A stretch of DNA of 63,797 nucleotides, counting the filler, from Bacteroidales bacterium (GTDB lineage Bacteria > Bacteroidota > Bacteroidia > Bacteroidales > CAIWKO01): the NCBI GenBank assembly GCA_035389045.1. It is 3 parts of 3 records of this genome, joined end to end, with 100 filler letters (N's around TTAATTAATTAA, not from the genome) between each part and the next. Parts side by side here need not be neighbours in the genome. Positions count along the whole stretch, not along the records: positions 1 to 28,839 come from DAOORA010000060.1; positions 28,940 to 57,145 come from DAOORA010000061.1; 1 more part is not named here. One strand, written 5' to 3'. Shown here in pieces: positions 19,120 to 29,313 of the stretch (positions are counted from its first letter, which is position 1; the number at the start of each line of letters is the position of its first letter). The notes below the pieces were generated by a model that saw only the letters and a list, made by a program, of their open reading frames with translations, was not told where the DNA came from and did not search any database. A program made the position numbers and the translations under genes.

Positions 19120-19320
19120 TGTGAAAAATCTATTTCCTATGTATACCCGACTAAATTATTCAGGCGGGCTTGCCCGTCTGCCAGCTGGCGGTCAGACGGG
19201 CAGGGTTATTCTTGTTTTGAAAACAGTCATCCGCCACCTGGCGGACTTCTTGATTTTCAAAACTTCGAAAGCTTCGAATTCAAACATTCTGGTTCAAACT
19301 CTGACTTTACGGGCAGACTC
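19093..19320. mobile_element. Candidate 228-bp MITE with imperfect terminal inverted repeats and nested palindromes
   Basis: TA|GAGTCTGAACGGAAAC ... CTTTACGGGCAGACTC|TA (12/16 match); internal IRs TGCCCGTCTG/CAGACGGGCA, GTTTTGAAAA/TTTTCAAAAC, TCCGCCA/TGGCGGA. Confidence 0.6.
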
Positions 19321-19757
19321 TAACTAAAGGTCACTTCGTCAGCAAGCTGATTGATATCACCGGGTTTTCTGGGGAAAAACTTCTTGAGTTGTGCGCCGGT
19401 CTGCTGAATTACTTCGATAATACCTTCCACATAATTTCCACTGCTGATCCGGGTAAGGAATTTCTGATTGATAACTACCCAGAAGTCCGGAGGAATAATT
19501 TTTCGTATGCCCTCATCGTAATGAATGCAAAACCTTCTGTTTGTCAATGCCAGATATATCAACAGACCATTTTTTTCTTTTGTCCGGTTCATCGTATAAT
19601 TCAGAAAACATTCCGCTGCATTGGTTTCACAATTTCCATTCGGTTCTGTTTCGATGTGTACACGTATTTCGGCCGACGTATCAAGCTCAGCCAGCATTAT
19701 GGCCTGCTTAATATCCTCGATATCGTCCATTGTAAAGAGTTCAGGAACTTTTGTCAT
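19320..19757 (-). CDS. TPM domain (DUF477) protein
   Basis: AIMLAELDTSAEIRVHIE, NGLLIYLA, FW, DINQLADEVTF. Confidence 0.85.
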   Translation of the reverse strand: MTKVPELFTMDDIEDIKQAIMLAELDTSAEIRVHIETEPNGNCETNAAECFLNYTMNRTKEKNGLLIYLALTNRRFCIHYDEGIRKIIPPDFWVVINQKFLTRISSGNYVEGIIEVIQQTGAQLKKFFPRKPGDINQLADEVTFS

Positions 19758-21661
19758 TATGGTATGAGTGACATGCTCCTTTTTATGAACCCCGTCAGAT
19801 CTTCTCCTTTCAAGAGATTTTGTGCGAGTTTTGCCAGGTCGAAAAACTGTTTTACAAGTTCGTTTTGTTTGTTTTCATCAGCTTCGTTAAGCACTTTAAG
19901 CATTAAATCATTGTTCGCATTCACAACCAGATTATATGTTTCCGGGAAGTTTGCCATAAATGGATTTCCGCCTCCTATGGCAGCCATGTCTTTATAACGC
20001 CGCATGAATTCGGGTTGCACGATCACAAAGGGCATTTCATCCGATTGGAGTGATTCGAAATCCACATGGAACTTTTCTTTGGGAATATTACGTTCAATAA
20101 TATCCTTTAGTTTGTTTTTTTCATCTTCGGTAATTTTCGACAGAGCAGGTTCTTCTTTCCGGATCAGTTTGTCCAGCGTGTCTGAATCAACACGTGCGAA
20201 AGACGATTTTTCCAGTTTGTGTTCGATCATGTTGATGAAGTGCATGTCGAGCGGGCTGTCCATCAGCAGCACATCATAGCCGCGTTCCCTCGCATTGCTG
20301 ATAAATCCATGTTGTTCTTCCTTGTCGGAGGCATACAGATAGACCAGTTTTTTGTCTTTATCAGTATGAATCGGTTCAATATGTTTTTTATACTCTTCAA
20401 AAGTGAAATATTTATCTTCAGTATTTTTAAAGAGAAAGAATTTTTCAGCACGTTCATAGAATTTTTCATCGGTCACCATCCCATAAATGATGAATATTTT
20501 CAGGTCGTCCCATTTCTTTTCAAAATCCTCCCGCATGTTTTTGAAAAGTTCTTCGAGTTTATCGGCAACTTTTTTCATGATATGCGACGATATTTTCTTG
20601 ACGTTGGGGTCGCTTTGCAGGTAGGAACGTGAAACATTGAGTGGTATATCGGGCGAATCAATCACCCCGTGCAGAAGCGTGAGAAAATCAGGGACAATGC
20701 CTTCGACGGAATCTGTGACAAAAACCTGATTGCAGTATAATTGTATTTTATCACGCTGTATCTCAAAGTTGCGTTTTACTTTGGGAAAATACAATATGCC
20801 GGTGAGTTTGAAGGGATAATCCACATTCAGATGAATATGAAACATCGGTTCTTCAAAATTCATCGGGTAAAGTTCATGATAAAAGTTATTGTAGTCTTCT
20901 TCGTTAAGGGCGGCTGGTTTTTTTGTCCATGCAGGGCTAATATTATTAATGATACGGGGTTTTTCGACTTCTCTGGTTTTATCATTACCGTCCTTATCCT
21001 TTTCCCCTTCAATTTTTTCCCGGGATTTTTCCATACCAAACTGTATCGGAAAGGGCAGGAATTTGCAATATTTTTTAAGAATGTCCAGTACCCGTGATTC
21101 CTGTGCATATTCTTCTGCATCTTCGGCAAGGTAAAGTATGATCTCCGTACCTCTGTCATGGTCTTTTATCTCGGTCATAGTGTATTCCGGACTGCCGTCG
21201 CAGGTCCATTTCATCGCTTTGGGATCGCCTTCGGTCAGGTAAGTTTTGGTGCGGATTTCAACTTTTTTTGACACCATAAAAGCTGAGTAAAATCCCAGCC
21301 CGAAATGGCCTATCAGCGCCTGCTGATCGGACTCGCTTTTCCCCATATATTTTTTTATGAATTCCTCAGCACTTGAAAAAGCGATCTGGTTGATGTATTT
21401 GTCAAGTTCTTCGGCTGTCATTCCAATACCGCGGTCGGTAACCGTAAGTGTTTTTTTCTTTTCATCGGCTTTCACGGTGATAGTAAGGTCGCCAAGTTCG
21501 CCTTTAATTTTGCCCAGCGATGAAAGCACCTTGAGCTTTTGTGTGGCATCTACCGCATTGGAGATCAGTTCCCTGAGAAAAATATCATGGTCCGAATACA
21601 GGAACTTTTTGATGATCGGGAAAATGTTTTCTGTCTGTACATTTATCTTTCCTTTTTGCAT
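19757..21661 (-). CDS. htpG: Hsp90 chaperone HtpG
   Basis: IFLRELISNAVDA, DRGIGM, IGHFGLGFYSAF, DSPDIPLNVSR. Confidence 0.98.
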   Translation of the reverse strand: MQKGKINVQTENIFPIIKKFLYSDHDIFLRELISNAVDATQKLKVLSSLGKIKGELGDLTITVKADEKKKTLTVTDRGIGMTAEELDKYINQIAFSSAEEFIKKYMGKSESDQQALIGHFGLGFYSAFMVSKKVEIRTKTYLTEGDPKAMKWTCDGSPEYTMTEIKDHDRGTEIILYLAEDAEEYAQESRVLDILKKYCKFLPFPIQFGMEKSREKIEGEKDKDGNDKTREVEKPRIINNISPAWTKKPAALNEEDYNNFYHELYPMNFEEPMFHIHLNVDYPFKLTGILYFPKVKRNFEIQRDKIQLYCNQVFVTDSVEGIVPDFLTLLHGVIDSPDIPLNVSRSYLQSDPNVKKISSHIMKKVADKLEELFKNMREDFEKKWDDLKIFIIYGMVTDEKFYERAEKFFLFKNTEDKYFTFEEYKKHIEPIHTDKDKKLVYLYASDKEEQHGFISNARERGYDVLLMDSPLDMHFINMIEHKLEKSSFARVDSDTLDKLIRKEEPALSKITEDEKNKLKDIIERNIPKEKFHVDFESLQSDEMPFVIVQPEFMRRYKDMAAIGGGNPFMANFPETYNLVVNANNDLMLKVLNEADENKQNELVKQFFDLAKLAQNLLKGEDLTGFIKRSMSLIP

Positions 21662-21692
21662 AATAATGGATTTTTAATTTTGCCGGAAGTAT

Positions 21693-21707
21693 TCAAAGTA
21701 TATGCCA
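21693..21707 (-). promoter_or_regulatory. Sigma54-like -24/-12 motif upstream of htpG
   Basis: Minus strand TGGCATA-TACT-TTGA, preceded by TTTTGTCA and ATGTCA boxes. Confidence 0.55.
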
Positions 21708-21772
21708 ATGACATTTCGCTGACAAAATGACCATTATTATGTATATTCATGGCGGGGTCGATGTTGCCTGTG

Positions 21773-21886
21773 CCTAATCTTCTAATTTTCTTATCTCTTA
21801 ATCTCCTGACCTCTTAATTAAATTATTTAATCTAATTGACTTAATTAACTTAATCTTCCAATCTCCTAATCTCCCAACTTCCCATT
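21773..21886. repeat. Degenerate 8-bp pyrimidine-rich tandem repeats (CCTAATCT-like)
   Basis: cctaatct tctaattt tcttatct cttaatct cctgacct ... between divergent htpG and dacB. Confidence 0.6.
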
Positions 21887-21953
21887 TACTGTCAATAATA
21901 TGATCTGGATTTTCTATTTACCTGGCTTTATTTATCTTTGTAAAAATGTCACT

Positions 21954-23441
21954 ATGGATTGGCTAAAATATTATCTCATAATCTCTTTTTTGTTTTGTTC
22001 TGAACTTTTTGCTCAAAACAATGCTAACCCGGTGAGTGTATTAAAAAATGAAATTGAATTACTGAAAAAAGATCCTTGTTTAAAAAATGCATCATGGGGT
22101 TTGTATGTTGTTGAAAACGAAACAGGTAATCAGGTATGTGCTTATAATTCTGATCTGGTGCTTGAGCCTGCGTCGGTTATGAAAATTGTTACCACCGGAG
22201 CCGCCCTGTCATTATTAGGTCCTTCATTTGTTTTTGAAACCAAACTGGAATATACTGGACATATTGATACATCGGGAAATTTAAAAGGAAATCTTTATAT
22301 TACCGGTAGCGGTGACCCTACCCCCGGCTCAAAACGAATGGGGCCAACCATCGGTATGGACAGTATTTTTTCCGGGTTTTATCTCGCTATGAAACAGAAT
22401 AATATCAGGCATATCAATGGGTTTATAGTGGCCGATGCTTCTGCTTTTGAAGAAAACCCTGCTGCAGGAAGCTGGCTTTGGGAAGACATTGGCAATTATT
22501 ATGCATCAGGCGCTTACGGGCTGAATATTAATGAAAATTATTACCGTTTGTATTTTGATGCCGGTGGTAAAACAGGCAGCCCTGCCACGCTGGTAAAAAT
22601 GGAACCCTACATAGGCGAAATAACATTCATAAATAATGTAAGAACAGGCGCAGCCGGAAGCGGTGACAATGTTATCATATACGGGCAACCATATACTGAT
22701 CTCAGGATGATGGATGGCACCGTTCCTTTTGGGAAAAAAAATTTTGATGTCGACGGCGCGATACCAGATCCTCCTGCCTATTTTGCCGAACAGTTTTCCG
22801 GGTATTTATATAATAAAGGTATAACGGCAGACAGTTCGGTGACTACAACAAGGATTATGAAATGGCTGGATAAACCTGATACTGCAATCAGGCTGCCAAT
22901 AACAAGACACCTGTCACCGAATCTGAATGAAATAATCAGGCATACCAACTTAAAAAGCATAAATCTTTTTGCCGAAGCGATATTGAAAGCTATCGGGAAA
23001 ATAAAGAAAGGAGAAGGCTCCGAAAAGGCTGGCATAGAAGTAGTTAAAAATTTCTGGGCAGCAAAAAAGGTCGACCTGAAAGGATTTGTGATGGAAGATG
23101 CCTGCGGATTATCACGTAAAAATAAAATCAGTGCCGGGCAGTTATGCGAAATGCTGCGTGTAATCCGTTGGGAAAAATCATATGACAGCTTCAGACAGTC
23201 GTTGCCGGTTGCCGGTAAATCAGGAGGCATGGCCGGAATGTTGAACAACACTTTCGCCGAAAATAACCTTACTGCAAAAACCGGCAATATGGACAGAATA
23301 AAGTCCTATGCCGGTTATGTAACCAACAAGGCCGGCAAAGAGCTGTCATTTGCCGTGATATTCAATAATTACACCTGCACAAATGCAGAATTAAAACAAA
23401 AATCAGAGAAGTTGTTGCTTCTGATTTCACTGACGCAATAA
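21954..23441 (+). CDS. dacB: D-alanyl-D-alanine carboxypeptidase/endopeptidase (PBP4, peptidase S13)
   Basis: PASVMK (SxxK), GSGDP, SIN (SxN), KTG; signal peptide from ATG 21954. Confidence 0.93.
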   Translation: MDWLKYYLIISFLFCSELFAQNNANPVSVLKNEIELLKKDPCLKNASWGLYVVENETGNQVCAYNSDLVLEPASVMKIVTTGAALSLLGPSFVFETKLEYTGHIDTSGNLKGNLYITGSGDPTPGSKRMGPTIGMDSIFSGFYLAMKQNNIRHINGFIVADASAFEENPAAGSWLWEDIGNYYASGAYGLNINENYYRLYFDAGGKTGSPATLVKMEPYIGEITFINNVRTGAAGSGDNVIIYGQPYTDLRMMDGTVPFGKKNFDVDGAIPDPPAYFAEQFSGYLYNKGITADSSVTTTRIMKWLDKPDTAIRLPITRHLSPNLNEIIRHTNLKSINLFAEAILKAIGKIKKGEGSEKAGIEVVKNFWAAKKVDLKGFVMEDACGLSRKNKISAGQLCEMLRVIRWEKSYDSFRQSLPVAGKSGGMAGMLNNTFAENNLTAKTGNMDRIKSYAGYVTNKAGKELSFAVIFNNYTCTNAELKQKSEKLLLLISLTQ

Positions 23442-23547
23442 AACACATGGTGTTTTTCTGACGTTTTGTCATTATTCTGTGACATGTTATGTCCGCATTA
23501 AAAATTTTTTTATGCCATATTTACCCGAAAAACACCTGTTATAATAA

Positions 23548-23562
23548 TGGCATAATCATTGA
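23548..23562 (+). promoter_or_regulatory. Sigma54-like -24/-12 motif upstream of dnaK
   Basis: TGGCATA-ATCA-TTGA; upstream TGACGTTTTGTCA palindrome at 23459-23471. Confidence 0.55.
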
Positions 23563-23609
23563 AAGTTGCTGACCAAACCAAAACGAAATAATCAGAAAGG
23601 AAAAATAAT

Positions 23610-25526
23610 ATGGGAAAAATCATTGGAATTGACTTAGGAACAACCAACTCATGTGTGGCCGTAATGGAAGGTAATGAACCTGTTGTAATCCCCAACAGCG
23701 AAGGCAAAAGAACCACTCCTTCGATTGTTGCTTTTACAAGCAACGGGGAACGCAAAATCGGCGATCCGGCTAAGCGGCAGGCGATAACCAACCCCAAAAA
23801 CACCATCTATTCGATCAAACGTTTCATGGGTGAAACTTATGACCGTGTGACCAAAGAAATCAACCGGGTATCTTTTACCGTTGAACGCGGAGAAAACAAC
23901 ACGCCCAGGGTAAAAATCACGGATAGGCTGTACACCCCTCAGGAAATCTCTGCGATGGTACTTCAGAAAATGAAAAAAACTGCTGAAGATTATCTGGGGC
24001 AGGAAGTGACGGATGCCGTTATTACGGTTCCTGCATATTTCAGCGATTCGCAGCGTCAGGCCACCAAAGAAGCGGGAGAAATAGCCGGCTTAAATGTGAA
24101 ACGTATTATCAATGAACCAACAGCCGCTGCACTTGCCTATGGTCTCGATAAAAAAAATCAGGATCTGAAAGTCGCAGTGTATGATCTCGGTGGCGGAACA
24201 TTTGATATCTCCGTCCTGGAACTGGGTGATGGCGTTTTTGAAGTGAAATCAACCAATGGCGATACCCATCTTGGTGGCGATGATTTTGACCACAATGTTA
24301 TTGAGTGGCTGGCACAGGAATTTAAAACTGAGGAAAACATTGATCTGCGTAAAGACCCAATGGCTTTGCAGCGTCTGAAAGAAGCTGCCGAGAAAGCTAA
24401 AATTGAACTTTCAAGTTCAACCGAAACAGATATAAATCTTCCTTACATCACATCAGTTGACGGAGTGCCCAAGCATCTGGTCAGAAAACTTACACGTGCC
24501 AGGTTCGAACAATTATGCGACGAACAATTCCGGGCCACGATTGAGCCTTGCCGCAAAGCGTTGGCGGATGCCAATATGAAAGCCTCCGACATTGATGAGG
24601 TTATCCTTGTGGGTGGCTCTACACGTATTCCAAAGATACAGAAGATGGTTGAGGATTTTTTCGGTAAAGTTCCTTCAAAAGGGGTTAATCCTGATGAGGT
24701 CGTTGCTGTGGGTGCTGCTATACAGGGCGGTGTTCTTACCGGTGAGGTAAAGGATGTGCTGTTGCTCGATGTAACCCCGCTTTCACTCGGCATTGAAACG
24801 CTGGGAGGAGTAATGACCAAACTTATCGAATCAAATACGACCATACCTATAAAAAAATCTGAAGTGTTTTCAACGGCTGCCGACAGCCAGACTTCTGTTG
24901 AGATACACATTTTGCAGGGTGAAAGGCCAATGGCAACAGGGAACAAAAGCATCGGACGTTTCCATCTGGATGGTATTCCTCCGGCACCAAGAGGAATACC
25001 GCAGATTGAAGTGACTTTTGATATTGATGCCAATGGAATCTTAAATGTTTCAGCAAAAGATAAGGCCACCGGAAAATCGCAGCAGATACGTATTGAAGCC
25101 TCATCCGGCCTGAACGATCAGGAAATAAAACGTATGAAGGACGAAGCTGCTGCCAATGCAGAAGCCGACAGGATGGCCAAAGAACAGGTCGATAAGATCA
25201 ATGCGGCAGATTCAATGATATTTACAACTGAAAAACAGTTGAAAGAATACGGTGATAAAATTCCGGCTGATAAAAAAGCGCCCATCGAAAGTGCGTTGAA
25301 AGAACTTAAGGAAGCTCATCAGAGTAAAAATCTACAGGCGATTGATGCGGCTCTTGCTAAAATGAATACGGCATGGCAGGCGGCAAGCCAGGATATGTAC
25401 AACGCCACGCAGCAGGGGCCAGGGGCTCAGCAGGAACAAGGGCAGCAACAGTCACAGCAAAATCAGGGCGGAGGCGGAAACGACAACGTGACGGATGTTG
25501 ACTTTGAAGAAGTAAAAGATAAATAA
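23610..25526 (+). CDS. dnaK: Hsp70 chaperone DnaK
   Basis: [29 protein letters not shown]-terminal DVDFEEV. Confidence 0.99.
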   Translation: MGKIIGIDLGTTNSCVAVMEGNEPVVIPNSEGKRTTPSIVAFTSNGERKIGDPAKRQAITNPKNTIYSIKRFMGETYDRVTKEINRVSFTVERGENNTPRVKITDRLYTPQEISAMVLQKMKKTAEDYLGQEVTDAVITVPAYFSDSQRQATKEAGEIAGLNVKRIINEPTAAALAYGLDKKNQDLKVAVYDLGGGTFDISVLELGDGVFEVKSTNGDTHLGGDDFDHNVIEWLAQEFKTEENIDLRKDPMALQRLKEAAEKAKIELSSSTETDINLPYITSVDGVPKHLVRKLTRARFEQLCDEQFRATIEPCRKALADANMKASDIDEVILVGGSTRIPKIQKMVEDFFGKVPSKGVNPDEVVAVGAAIQGGVLTGEVKDVLLLDVTPLSLGIETLGGVMTKLIESNTTIPIKKSEVFSTAADSQTSVEIHILQGERPMATGNKSIGRFHLDGIPPAPRGIPQIEVTFDIDANGILNVSAKDKATGKSQQIRIEASSGLNDQEIKRMKDEAAANAEADRMAKEQVDKINAADSMIFTTEKQLKEYGDKIPADKKAPIESALKELKEAHQSKNLQAIDAALAKMNTAWQAASQDMYNATQQGPGAQQEQGQQQSQQNQGGGGNDNVTDVDFEEVKDK

Positions 25527-25530
25527 AAAA

Positions 25531-25553
25531 AGGGTGAGAAATCACCCTCTTTT
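25531..25553 (+). terminator. Rho-independent terminator after dnaK
   Basis: AGGGTGA-gaaa-TCACCCT followed by a T-rich tail. Confidence 0.75.
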
Positions 25554-25588
25554 ATTTAATATTAATTATATTTGTAAAAAAAACTATT

Positions 25589-26644
25589 ATGAAAAAGATC
25601 TATTATTCCCTTTTATTGAGCTTTTTGGTTCTTACCGCCTATCAGTCATCTTCTCAAATTGTTATATCAGCCATGATGCCCAACCCCACAGGCACCGATT
25701 CGGCCTGTGAGTATATTCAACTGATGGCAACGGAACATATTGATTTTGCTGCCACTCCATATAGCGTTGTTTTACTAAATAATGGTTCTGCAACGGTTAA
25801 AGGCTGGGCTAACGGCTTGAGTATTACCTACAAATACAATCTTACCAGTGGCGTTGTTAACACAGGGGAGGTGTTTTATGTTGGTGGGGACAGAAAGAAA
25901 ATTGACGGCCCGAATTCAACGGATCTGAGTAGTATGACCTGGATACGCGCCATTAATAATGTCACAACAGCGGGTGATGGTTTTGGCAATGCAAGTGTCA
26001 GTGGTGTTTTTGGCAATGCCGGAAATAATGCCGACGGAGCCGGTGTGTTTTCAGGAACAACGATTGATTCGACCAGTGTTCCTATTGATGCTTTATTTTA
26101 CGGCACAGCCATTGGTACCGCTTATATTGTTGGCCCACCGGAAAAAGGGTATCAGGTACCCTCCAATGATCACTACAACCATGCGCAGGGTTTGTTTGGT
26201 GCAGGAGCAAACACTTATTTTGCCTCATGCACTACCCTTCAGGACACACTGCTCTCTTTTACCGGAACTTACGATACTGTCCTGAACAGCTGGACGATCA
26301 GCAGAACGCCAACTAAAATAAAACTAACTGTTACATCAGCGATTTCGGAAATTAATACCAATATTACCCTTACCGGGACCCTGGTTGGTGTTAGTTCAAA
26401 TGATATTGCTAATAATATAAGTATCTATCCCAATCCATCCAACGGTATGTTTAATATCACCAATTTATCCGGCCGGACAACGAATGTTGAGGTTTTTGAT
26501 ATGCTTGGAAACAGTGTTTATAAAACCATTTCATCCGATAATGATTTAACTGTCAATATGACAAAGGCAGCCAAAGGGATTTATTTTATTGAACTTTCAG
26601 GCACCGAAGGTAAAAAAGTTGTAAAGAAAATGATCATTAAATAG
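25589..26644 (+). CDS. T9SS type A cargo protein, lamin-tail-like N-terminal domain
   Basis: Signal peptide; IVISAMMPNPTGTD..EYIQL; CTD IYPNPSNG...GIYFI...KKMIIK. Confidence 0.85.
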   Translation: MKKIYYSLLLSFLVLTAYQSSSQIVISAMMPNPTGTDSACEYIQLMATEHIDFAATPYSVVLLNNGSATVKGWANGLSITYKYNLTSGVVNTGEVFYVGGDRKKIDGPNSTDLSSMTWIRAINNVTTAGDGFGNASVSGVFGNAGNNADGAGVFSGTTIDSTSVPIDALFYGTAIGTAYIVGPPEKGYQVPSNDHYNHAQGLFGAGANTYFASCTTLQDTLLSFTGTYDTVLNSWTISRTPTKIKLTVTSAISEINTNITLTGTLVGVSSNDIANNISIYPNPSNGMFNITNLSGRTTNVEVFDMLGNSVYKTISSDNDLTVNMTKAAKGIYFIELSGTEGKKVVKKMIIK

Positions 26645-26711
26645 CCATTTTTTAGTTTGTTTAAATCCGGACTAAAAATTTATATAATGCCTTCATATAT
26701 TTATGATGGCA

Positions 26712-28157
26712 TTATTTTTTTTCTCCGGGTATATCTTTGTCAGTTTTGATAAGATTCGATAAAAACAATTCAATATTTTCACTGGGTTTTGGCGCGGGAC
26801 ATTGTATGAAATTTCCATTTTTGTCTATAAGGACAAAATCCGGGTAGGCGAATACACCGTAGGATTCAAGCAGGTCATAATCGCTGTTGAAGTGCAGAAA
26901 TAACCAGTTATAATTATGGTCGTGAACAAAGTGATACGTATTCATGAATTCACGGTCAGCTGATATGCTGATAAACACAACATCATTATCAAAATTCTGC
27001 CGGAACTTTCTCATTAGTTCCATTTCATCTCTGCAATTCAGACACCACGATGCATAAAAATTAAGATACACAAATTTACCTCTGAAATCGCTCAGGCTGA
27101 TGGTTGAGTTGTCCACACTTTTTAAAGAGAAATCCGGTGCCGGCATTCCTTTTTCAAACCGTGTCAGAAAAATATACATGCTATTTGCCATTTGCCTGTG
27201 TTTTTCAAATTTGCTGGATACCGAAACCTGTTTTAAAATGCTGATAATGTTCTTTTTACCGAAATAATTTGACGAATTAAGGGTATTCAGTGTGCTGAGC
27301 ATTATTATTTCGCGTAATTTTTCGTTGATGAACAGGCTGTCCTTTCCGAGCACATCAATAAGTTCCGGAAAACTTTGATTTTTATTAACCGGAACATACA
27401 AATCACTTATAAGTACTGGGTTTGTCAAATTCTGAAAATAATTTTCAAAATAACTGTTCAGGAAGCTCATATATTCTATATTTTCATATAATATCGGTTT
27501 CTGATACAGGTAATCTATGAATAGTTTATACGGATCGGAATAATTGGTGAGCAGTTTTAATGAAGCAATACGGTAATTAAGGTAATCATTGAAAAAAACA
27601 TGACGGGTATTGGCAAAAGTGTCTGTTACACACATCAGGAAGGTATCAACCTTTATAAGGATATTCCGGGTGTTCAAGAGGTAGATGTTATCCTTGATAA
27701 AAGTATTGTGCATAACATTAAGCTTTTGGGTAAGATTATTCAGTTCTTCTTTTTCATCACTGATTACCTTGATATAACAATTGAACGGGCTAAGGTTATA
27801 ATTTACCTTATCAAATCTATCATTAAACACCAGGTTTTTTATTTCTATTGAATACGATTTGTTCTGTTCCAGAAACATTTCTCCTGAATAATAATCAATA
27901 TGAATCACAGCAAGGGTAGTTGAGGGAACGGAGCATTTGATTTCGAAAAAACCTGAAGAATCAACAACGCTTTTTGCTGTGAATTGTTCGCTGAGCGTGA
28001 AATAATCGGAGTACGATTTAACAATAATGGTTTTTCCTTCAGCGCCTTTTGCAAGCCCTTTTATAAACACATTCTGCCCATCAGTCATCAATGCATTGAA
28101 CAGAACAAATAAAAGTAACGGAATAGAAAAATGAACACCGGCGCCCCTGTATTTCAT
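26712..28157 (-). CDS. TlpA/ResA-like redoxin (C-terminal thioredoxin domain)
   Basis: APDFSL...LSDFRGKFVYLNFYASWCLNC...YPDFVLIDKNG. Confidence 0.88.
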   Translation of the reverse strand: MKYRGAGVHFSIPLLLFVLFNALMTDGQNVFIKGLAKGAEGKTIIVKSYSDYFTLSEQFTAKSVVDSSGFFEIKCSVPSTTLAVIHIDYYSGEMFLEQNKSYSIEIKNLVFNDRFDKVNYNLSPFNCYIKVISDEKEELNNLTQKLNVMHNTFIKDNIYLLNTRNILIKVDTFLMCVTDTFANTRHVFFNDYLNYRIASLKLLTNYSDPYKLFIDYLYQKPILYENIEYMSFLNSYFENYFQNLTNPVLISDLYVPVNKNQSFPELIDVLGKDSLFINEKLREIIMLSTLNTLNSSNYFGKKNIISILKQVSVSSKFEKHRQMANSMYIFLTRFEKGMPAPDFSLKSVDNSTISLSDFRGKFVYLNFYASWCLNCRDEMELMRKFRQNFDNDVVFISISADREFMNTYHFVHDHNYNWLFLHFNSDYDLLESYGVFAYPDFVLIDKNGNFIQCPAPKPSENIELFLSNLIKTDKDIPGEKK

Positions 28158-28193
28158 ATAAAATTTTATTATCAAACGAAGCAATGGAAAAAA

Positions 28194-28664
28194 TTATTTT
28201 ATCGGAGGCAATTCAATTTTTTCGGGGATGTAAGGTCTTATATCTCCACCGTTGCGATAAATATCCCTGATTATTGAGGAGCTTAATGCATTATATTCGG
28301 GCAGGGCCAGAAGAAAAACCGTTTCAATCGGTGGATAAATCTTTTTATTCATTTGACCTATACTTCTTTCAAATTCAAAATCCGCCGAAGTCCTTAAGCC
28401 CCGTAAAATATATTGTATATGGTTGTTTTTGCAAAAATCAGTGGTCAGACCTTCATAGGTGGTGATACTGATCCGGGGATAAGAGACAAAGACTTCTTTA
28501 AGCCATTGCAGACGCTGTTCAAGTGGGAACAGGAATTTTTTATCTGCATTGACCCCTATGGCCACCGTAATATGGTCGAACAAACTGAGACTGCGCAGCA
28601 CCACAGATTCATGCCCTTTGGTTATCGGATCGAAGGAGCCGGGGAATACAGCAGATGTTTTCAT
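28194..28664 (-). CDS. coaD: Pantetheine-phosphate adenylyltransferase
   Basis: AVFPGSFDPITKGH, ILRGLR..DFEFE, LSSSIIR. Confidence 0.97.
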   Translation of the reverse strand: MKTSAVFPGSFDPITKGHESVVLRSLSLFDHITVAIGVNADKKFLFPLEQRLQWLKEVFVSYPRISITTYEGLTTDFCKNNHIQYILRGLRTSADFEFERSIGQMNKKIYPPIETVFLLALPEYNALSSSIIRDIYRNGGDIRPYIPEKIELPPIK

Positions 28665-28839
28665 TTTTTGAAAGTTTTTAACAAAAGTAGAAAAAGTTTC
28701 CGTTATTCTTGATGTCCTCTATTTTCGGATAGTGTTTTCTGATTTTTATCGTTCCATATTTTGTAACCTGAGAAATTCTGTAAATTTTTTAGAAACTGTT
28801 TTGATTTTATGTTACATAAGATTTATGATGGATTTTTTA

Positions 28840-28939
28840 NNNNNNNNNNNNNNNNNNNNNNNNNNNNNNNNNNNNNNNNNNNNTTAATTAATTAANNNNN
28901 NNNNNNNNNNNNNNNNNNNNNNNNNNNNNNNNNNNNNNN
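28840..28939. other. Artificial contig linker / assembly gap
   Basis: N44-TTAATTAATTAA-N44, stop codons in all six frames. Confidence 0.98.
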
Positions 28940-29110
28940 CATGACACTTTTCAACTGTCGCTATTCCCTGACTAAATTTTGAGGAAACTCCAGTTATTTA
29001 AGCGACTAAAAAAATCGATTTTCAACAGCATGGATTTAAGCTTATTTATTCAAAAATATTGTACATGAATATTTATTTTGGCGTTTGAGTGTATCTCTTT
29101 GTTTGTGTTG

Positions 29111-29151
29111 TACTTTGAGCGACTTTGTGGTTTACTTTGAGCGACTTTGTG
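29111..29151. repeat. Two perfect 19-bp direct repeats (TACTTTGAGCGACTTTGTG), 22-bp period
   Basis: Copies at 29111-29129 and 29133-29151. Confidence 0.85.
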
Positions 29152-29264
29152 TTAAAAAAACAACCACATAGCATCAGAATCTTTTGCACCAAAGGTTCAT
29201 AAACTTCGTGCATTTATCAGGTCAAGTGGGTGAAAGATTGCTGACCAATATTTTTTTCACTTTT

Positions 29265-29293
29265 CAGGCAACCATAAATGGGGTATTAGTGTT
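29265..29293 (+). promoter_or_regulatory. Putative ECF-sigma promoter (autoregulatory)
   Basis: CAGGCAACC-N13-TAGTGTT; the same motif recurs at 31493-31520. Confidence 0.65.
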
Positions 29294-29313
29294 ATAATAT
29301 TACATTTGTTCTG

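Noticed and set aside
19112..19327. 71-aa ORF
   Set aside because: Lies within the palindromic MITE-like element.
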